Source: a virus
Virus record (IMG/VR): IMGVR_UViG_3300021400_001206
Span: 1-11,781 of that record
Direction: 5' to 3' (one strand)
Length of the DNA stretch: 11,781 bases
Shown here: in pieces, positions 7,903-11,781 of the stretch
How the letters are laid out: every line of letters starts with the position of its first letter
How positions within the stretch are numbered: the first letter of the stretch is position 1
Notes under the pieces: model-generated
What the model saw: the letters and a program-made list of their open reading frames with translations, nothing else
Told to the model about the DNA's origin: nothing
The model's database searches: none
Translations under genes and position numbers: made by a program

Positions 7903-8699
7903 ATGCAAATCCGTGGAGACATAAAGAAGATAATAAAATAAAAGCACAAAAACAAATTAAATACATGGATGAGAACTTTGCTAATGAAACTGCGGAGGCC
8001 GTCGCTAATACAGTTATATATACTGGTCCTGTAGATATATGGGATTGGACTAAAAATGGTTTTAATCCAGTCCCCTATTCACAATTACTTGATATGGGTA
8101 CTGTTGATGCGATTTTTCATGTTCGAGAAGTCTTAGGAGAAGATAATAAAGAAGTTAAAGTTGCTGCGCTCAACTTTGCGTCATATAGAAATCCTGGTGG
8201 GAAATTTGTTGATGGTAGTAATGCTCAAGAAGAATGTCTATGTCATGAATCTAATCTTTATAATATTTTAAGAAACTTCACATCATATTATAGAGAAAAT
8301 AATTCTAAGCCAAATAAAAATCTTTATACTGATAGAGCCTTATATTCTCCAGATGTGATTTTTAACAAAGGAAATCATATAGTTAAAGCAGATGTAATTA
8401 CTTGTGCCTCTCCAAATTGGACTGCTGCACGTAAATGGAATGTTTCTCAAGTTGAAAATACTCTTGTATTAGCTCAACGTATTCAGTTTATTAAAGATAT
8501 TGCAGAACTTGAAGCAGTTGATATTCTTATTCTTGGGGCTTGGGGATGTGGAGTATTCGGACAAAATCCAAGAACTGTTGCAAAATTATTTGATTTTATT
8601 TTTAGAGAAAGTGAAATTAAAAATATTGTATATGCAGTTCCTGGAGGATTAAATTCTGATAATTTTAAAGCCTTTGACGAATGTATTAGAAAGAGTTGA
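7899..8699 (+). CDS. Bacterial-type poly(ADP-ribose) glycohydrolase-like macrodomain protein (DUF2263 / TIGR02452 family), 266 aa.
   Basis: ALNFASYRNPGGKFVDGSNAQEECLCHESNLY matches the microbial PARG signature (NFAS...PGG-x8-QEE). LILGAWGCGVFGQNP is the macrodomain diphosphate-binding loop. No TAG. TGA stop. Confidence 0.85.
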   Translation: MNANPWRHKEDNKIKAQKQIKYMDENFANETAEAVANTVIYTGPVDIWDWTKNGFNPVPYSQLLDMGTVDAIFHVREVLGEDNKEVKVAALNFASYRNPGGKFVDGSNAQEECLCHESNLYNILRNFTSYYRENNSKPNKNLYTDRALYSPDVIFNKGNHIVKADVITCASPNWTAARKWNVSQVENTLVLAQRIQFIKDIAELEAVDILILGAWGCGVFGQNPRTVAKLFDFIFRESEIKNIVYAVPGGLNSDNFKAFDECIRKS

Positions 8700-8721
8700 C
8701 TTGACAACTCTTTCTTTTTTT
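8691..8721 (+). terminator. Rho-independent terminator after the PARG-like gene.
   Basis: aagagttg (8691-8698) pairs with caactctt (8705-8712), loop acttga, followed by tctttttttt. Confidence 0.75.
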
Positions 8722-8729
8722 GTTATAAT
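8701..8729 (+). promoter_or_regulatory. Consensus sigma70 promoter: TTGACA (8701-8706, in the terminator loop/stem), 17 bp spacer, extended -10 TGtTATAAT (8721-8729).
   Basis: Read directly from the sequence. It drives the RecJ-like gene. Confidence 0.7.
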
Positions 8730-8768
8730 ATAAAGTAGAAATATTATAAAATTAAAGGAAGAAAATAT

Positions 8769-10571
8769 ATGAAATATGAATTAATAAATAAACCAAATGA
8801 AAACTTTTCAACAATACAACAAATATTATATAATAGAGGAATTGCGAAAGATGAAATTTTACATTATGTAAATCTATCTGATTAGGATATTAATTCCCCA
8901 TTGTCTTTAGGAGAAACAAATCTCAAAAATGGGTTAATGGCTATTATTAATACTGTAAAAGAAAATGCTGATGCTTTAGTAATTGTAGACTGTGATTGTG
9001 ATGGTTACACATCTGCAGCTCTTCTTATTAATTATTTATATAAAATATTTCCCACTTGGGTCACTAATCATTTAGACTGGTACATGCATGATAGTAAGCA
9101 ACATGGGTTAAGTGATTGTATTGATTTTGTATTAGCTCATAATCCAAGGCTTGTGATTTGTCCAGATTCAAGTAGTAATGATTATAGTTATCATAAGACA
9201 TTAGCAGATAAAAATATTCAAGTATTAGTTTTAGATCATCACTTAGCAGATCGTATTAGTGAAAATGCTATTATTATTAATAATCAATTATCAGATTATC
9301 CTAATAAAGAATTATCTGGTGTTGGAGTCGTATGGCAATTTTGTCGATATATAGATAGATTTTTTTCTAATCCAAAAAATTATAAAATATGTAAAATGGC
9401 AGATGAATTTTTAGATTTAGTTGCTCTTGGGAATTGCGGTGATATGATGTCATTACGGTCTTTTGAAACTCGTTATCTAATTACAAAAGGGTTTAAAAAA
9501 GAAAATATTAAAAACCCTTTTATTGATTATATGATTGATAAAAACTCATTTCCTTTATCAAAAGCAGATTATGTATCATCAAATCCTGATATGGGATGCA
9601 CATCTATGGGCGCTGCATTTTTTATTGTACCATTTGTTAATGCTATTACTAGAAGTGGAACGATAGAATAGAAAAACTTACTTTTTAATTCTATGTTAAA
9701 TCATAAAGCTTTTACAGAAGTTATTTCAAACAAGCGTGGGCATAAATTAGGTTAGAAAGAAAAATTAATTTTACAAGCAATTAGAACAGTTACGAATGTT
9801 AAAAATAGACAAACGAGAGCAGAAGATACAGGATTAGATATGTTAGAGAAAATGATTGAAACTAATCATATGCTTAATCATAAAATTCTTTTATTCTTAT
9901 TAGAGCCTAATAAAATTGATCCTGAAATTCGTGGTTTAATTGCAAATAAATTTATGGCAAAATATCAAAGACCTTGTTGTCTATTAACTAAAACTAATAG
10001 AAATGGCAAAGAAACTTATGAAGGCTCTATGCGTGGATATACAAAAACTGGAATTGACAGTTTTAAAGAAGTGCTTGAACAATGCCCAGGAGTTTTATAT
10101 GTAGAAGGACATGATAACGCGGCTGGGCTTGGTATAGAAGCAGATCATGTAAATGATTTTCTTTATAAGATTGATTAGCTTCTTGAAGATGTCTCTGTTG
10201 AACCTATTTATAGAATTGATTATAATTTTAATGAAAAAGAAAACAACAATCAGCGCATTTTAGATATTGCAGATATGAATGACTATTGGGGTCAAGATGT
10301 AGATAGAGCTTATGTAAATATTAATTTTAAAGTTACTGATTCTAATTTTAAAGTTATGAAAAGCAATACTTTAAAATTTAATTTACCTAACGGATTATCT
10401 ATTATTAAATTTAATGGAACTGAAGAAGAAATTACTAGATTTACAACAACAGGGTATCTAGAAGTGAACGCTATTTGTAAATGCAATAAAAATTAGTGGA
10501 ATGGTTGCGTCTATCCGCAACTTATTATGTAGGATTTTGAAATTGTGGATTCTGCTAAATACTACTTTTAA
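8769..10571 (+). CDS. recJ: RecJ-like DHH/DHHA1 phosphoesterase (ssDNA exonuclease family), about 600 aa, with 6 internal TAG codons.
   Basis: ATG at 8769. In-frame TAGs at 8883, 9669, 9753, 10176, 10494 and 10530. True stop TAA at 10569-10571. RecJ N-terminal pattern ILYNRGIAKDEILHYVNLSDxDINSPLSL. DHH motifs IVDCDCDGYTSAALL and VLVLDHHLAD. DHHA1 motif VEGHDNAAGLG lies in the segment after the second and third TAG. The track ORFs 8901..9671, 9840..10178 and 10275..10496 are all in the same frame and are fragments of this one gene. Confidence 0.75.
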
Positions 10572-10601
10572 TGGCTCGGCGCGCAAACACCCGTACCTAG
10601 G

Positions 10602-10657
10602 AAGCAAAAATGCATTTGGATTTTTTTATTTGCATTTTTGCTTTTTGATTTTTTTAT
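10602..10657 (+). terminator. Rho-independent terminator after the RecJ-like gene.
   Basis: 13-bp perfect stem: aagcaaaaatgca (10602-10614) pairs with tgcatttttgctt (10631-10643). 16-nt loop, followed by a T-rich tract to 10657. Confidence 0.75.
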
Positions 10658-10673
10658 AAAAATTTGTTATAAT
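10645..10673 (+). promoter_or_regulatory. Sigma70 promoter: TTGATT (10645-10650), 17 bp spacer, extended -10 TGtTATAAT (10665-10673).
   Basis: Read directly from the sequence. It drives the NADAR gene and the downstream helicase. Confidence 0.6.
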
Positions 10674-10703
10674 ATATATAAATAAAATGTTAGGAGAATA
10701 AAT

Positions 10704-11156
10704 ATGGATATTGGAAGTGGTTCAGGTTATCCTGCAGCCTCATTAAGTAATTTTGCACCGCATCCTTTTATTATAGATGATGTACCTTGTAATTCAATGG
10801 AAGGCTTTCTACAATCTTTAAAATTTAAAAATATTGACATGCAAAAATATGTATGTTCTTTAGTTGGAAAAAGCGCAAAGTATAAAGGAAAAGATAAAAA
10901 ATGGTGGAAAACACAAACTCTATATTGGCAAGGTAAAGAATATAAACGTGATAGTCAGGAATATCAAATTCTTTTAAATAGAGCTTACAATGCGTTATAT
11001 CAAAATGAAGGATTTAGAAAAGCTTTAGAAGCTAGCCGTCCGGCAATCTTATCACACTCAATAGGGAAGAATAATCCTTCAAAAACAGTTTTAACTCAAG
11101 CAGAATTTGTGGGTCGTTTAATGAAGCTAAGAATGGGAAAAAAATTAGATGAATAA
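10704..11156 (+). CDS. NADAR-family (YbiA-like, DUF1768) ADP-ribose/N-glycoside hydrolase, 150 aa.
   Basis: SLSNFAPHPFIIDDVPCNSMEGFLQSLKF matches the YbiA/NADAR signature (SNFA-P...E..Q..KF). RBS taggag. TAA stop. No TAG. Confidence 0.85.
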   Translation: MDIGSGSGYPAASLSNFAPHPFIIDDVPCNSMEGFLQSLKFKNIDMQKYVCSLVGKSAKYKGKDKKWWKTQTLYWQGKEYKRDSQEYQILLNRAYNALYQNEGFRKALEASRPAILSHSIGKNNPSKTVLTQAEFVGRLMKLRMGKKLDE

Positions 11157-11171
11157 TAGAGGTGCATAGAT

Positions 11172-11414
11172 ATGTCAGATGAAAGTTTAAAAATTAATAC
11201 AATAAATGAAAAAAAATTAAAAGGCTATCAATATGATTCTTTAATATATAGATATATTCGAGCTAGAGAGCAAATGGCAGAATATGAATATCTAAGAGAT
11301 AGACAGAGCAATGTCTCTAATCATACTGAATGGACTGTGTATCGGCAAAGAGCGAATAGAGATATAATGCGTTTTGTTCAAATTTTAGATGAAGTGATTG
11401 GAGAGCATGAATAA
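11172..11414 (+). CDS. Hypothetical protein (80 aa).
   Basis: RBS agaggtg, ATG at 11172, TAA at 11412-11414, which overlaps the next start by 1 nt. No family recognised. Confidence 0.6.
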   Translation: MSDESLKINTINEKKLKGYQYDSLIYRYIRAREQMAEYEYLRDRQSNVSNHTEWTVYRQRANRDIMRFVQILDEVIGEHE

Positions 11415-11781
11415 TGATATTAACTAAAAAACAAGAGGAAGGATTAAAAACTGCTGTAGCGCGACATCGGGACGGAGAAAAATATACGGTGATTGCTGGC
11501 TATGCTGGAACTGGTAAAAGTACACTTGTAAGATATATTATTGATGCTCTTAATGTTGAAGAAAGTAGAGTATGTTATTGCGCTTTTACTGGCAAAGCTG
11601 CAGAAGTATTAAAGAAAAAAGGAAATAAAAATGTAGCAACACTTCATCGGTTGCTATATGAACATATTCCGCGACCAGCGGGCGGTTTCTTTAGAAAGCC
11701 GAAACCACTTATTGATTATGATGTAGTTGTAGTTGATGAAGTTTCTATGGCTCCTAAGTCTTTGATGGAGTTACTGTTTAA
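11414..11781 (+). CDS. SF1 RecD/Dda-like DNA helicase (AAA_30-type), N-terminal fragment; it continues past the window end.
   Basis: Walker A IAGYAGTGKSTL and Walker B VVVVDEVSM. ATG at 11414 in frame 2. No stop before the window end. Confidence 0.8.
   Translation, partial: MILTKKQEEGLKTAVARHRDGEKYTVIAGYAGTGKSTLVRYIIDALNVEESRVCYCAFTGKAAEVLKKKGNKNVATLHRLLYEHIPRPAGGFFRKPKPLIDYDVVVVDEVSMAPKSLMELLF

Noticed and set aside
8483-8707. Minus-strand ORF 8483..8707.
   Set aside because: It is antisense to the PARG-like gene, which has clear family signatures on the + strand.
240-10571. Reading the TAG-interrupted genes as pseudogenes, or as separate small genes (track ORFs 525..740, 2812..3678, 8901..9671, 9840..10178, 10275..10496).
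   Set aside because: All the interruptions are TAG, never TAA or TGA. No gene terminates in TAG. The fragments are collinear in a single frame and carry consecutive domains of one family, with a P-loop and the DHH to DHHA1 order split across TAGs. Codon reassignment explains all of this more simply than five independent decay events would.
10497-10602. Possible suppressor tRNA or small RNA in the GC-richer stretch after the annotated end of the RecJ-like ORF.
   Set aside because: No cloverleaf could be built. The only CTA triplets lack the preceding U and a 7-nt loop context. Read in the RecJ frame through TAG 10494 and TAG 10530, the stretch continues as plausible protein to TAA 10569. No tRNA-like structure was found in the other intergenic regions of the window either (6644-6804, 5829-6068).
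10507-10662. ORF starting at ATG 10507 (about 50 aa, hydrophobic).
   Set aside because: It runs through the terminator stem and the promoter. Its C-terminal half is poly-Phe/Leu derived from the T-tract. No RBS.
1-11781. CRISPR arrays, IS elements, integrase or att sites, toxin-antitoxin pairs.
   Set aside because: There are no regularly spaced direct repeats, no transposase- or integrase-like ORF, and no terminal inverted repeats. The only repeated sequence is the promoter motif.

Overview
AT-rich window in which every supported gene is on the + strand. The gene content and layout look like the early / replication module of a tailed phage.

Supported features: a DnaB-family helicase; a CHC2 zinc-finger / TOPRIM primase; an SF1 RecD/Dda-like helicase (3' partial); a Sak4-like (AAA_24) RecA-fold ATPase; a RecJ-like DHH/DHHA1 nuclease; a P-loop kinase-like protein; several small zinc-ribbon proteins; a ThyX-fold protein; and two ADP-ribose-processing enzymes, a bacterial-type PARG/DUF2263 macrodomain and a NADAR/YbiA-like hydrolase.

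Transcription signals: five near-consensus sigma70 promoters (TTGACA-17-(TG)nTATAAT), three of them fused to intrinsic terminators. Strong Shine-Dalgarno sites (aaggagg) together with these promoters suggest a Firmicutes-like host.

Main observation: the amber codon TAG is not a stop here. All 16 complete genes end in TAA or TGA. At least 17 in-frame TAGs sit inside otherwise intact, motif-bearing genes. One lies inside a Walker A P-loop. Others lie between the DHH and DHHA1 halves of the RecJ-like gene, and several fall within the ThyX-like gene. This points to TAG reassignment, probably TAG->Gln as in genetic code 15, a recoded phage. The ORF track was computed with the standard code, so it splits these genes into fragments.

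TAG-containing and TAG-free genes are interleaved. The likely immediate-early genes (DnaB, primase, PARG-like, NADAR, helicases) are TAG-free.
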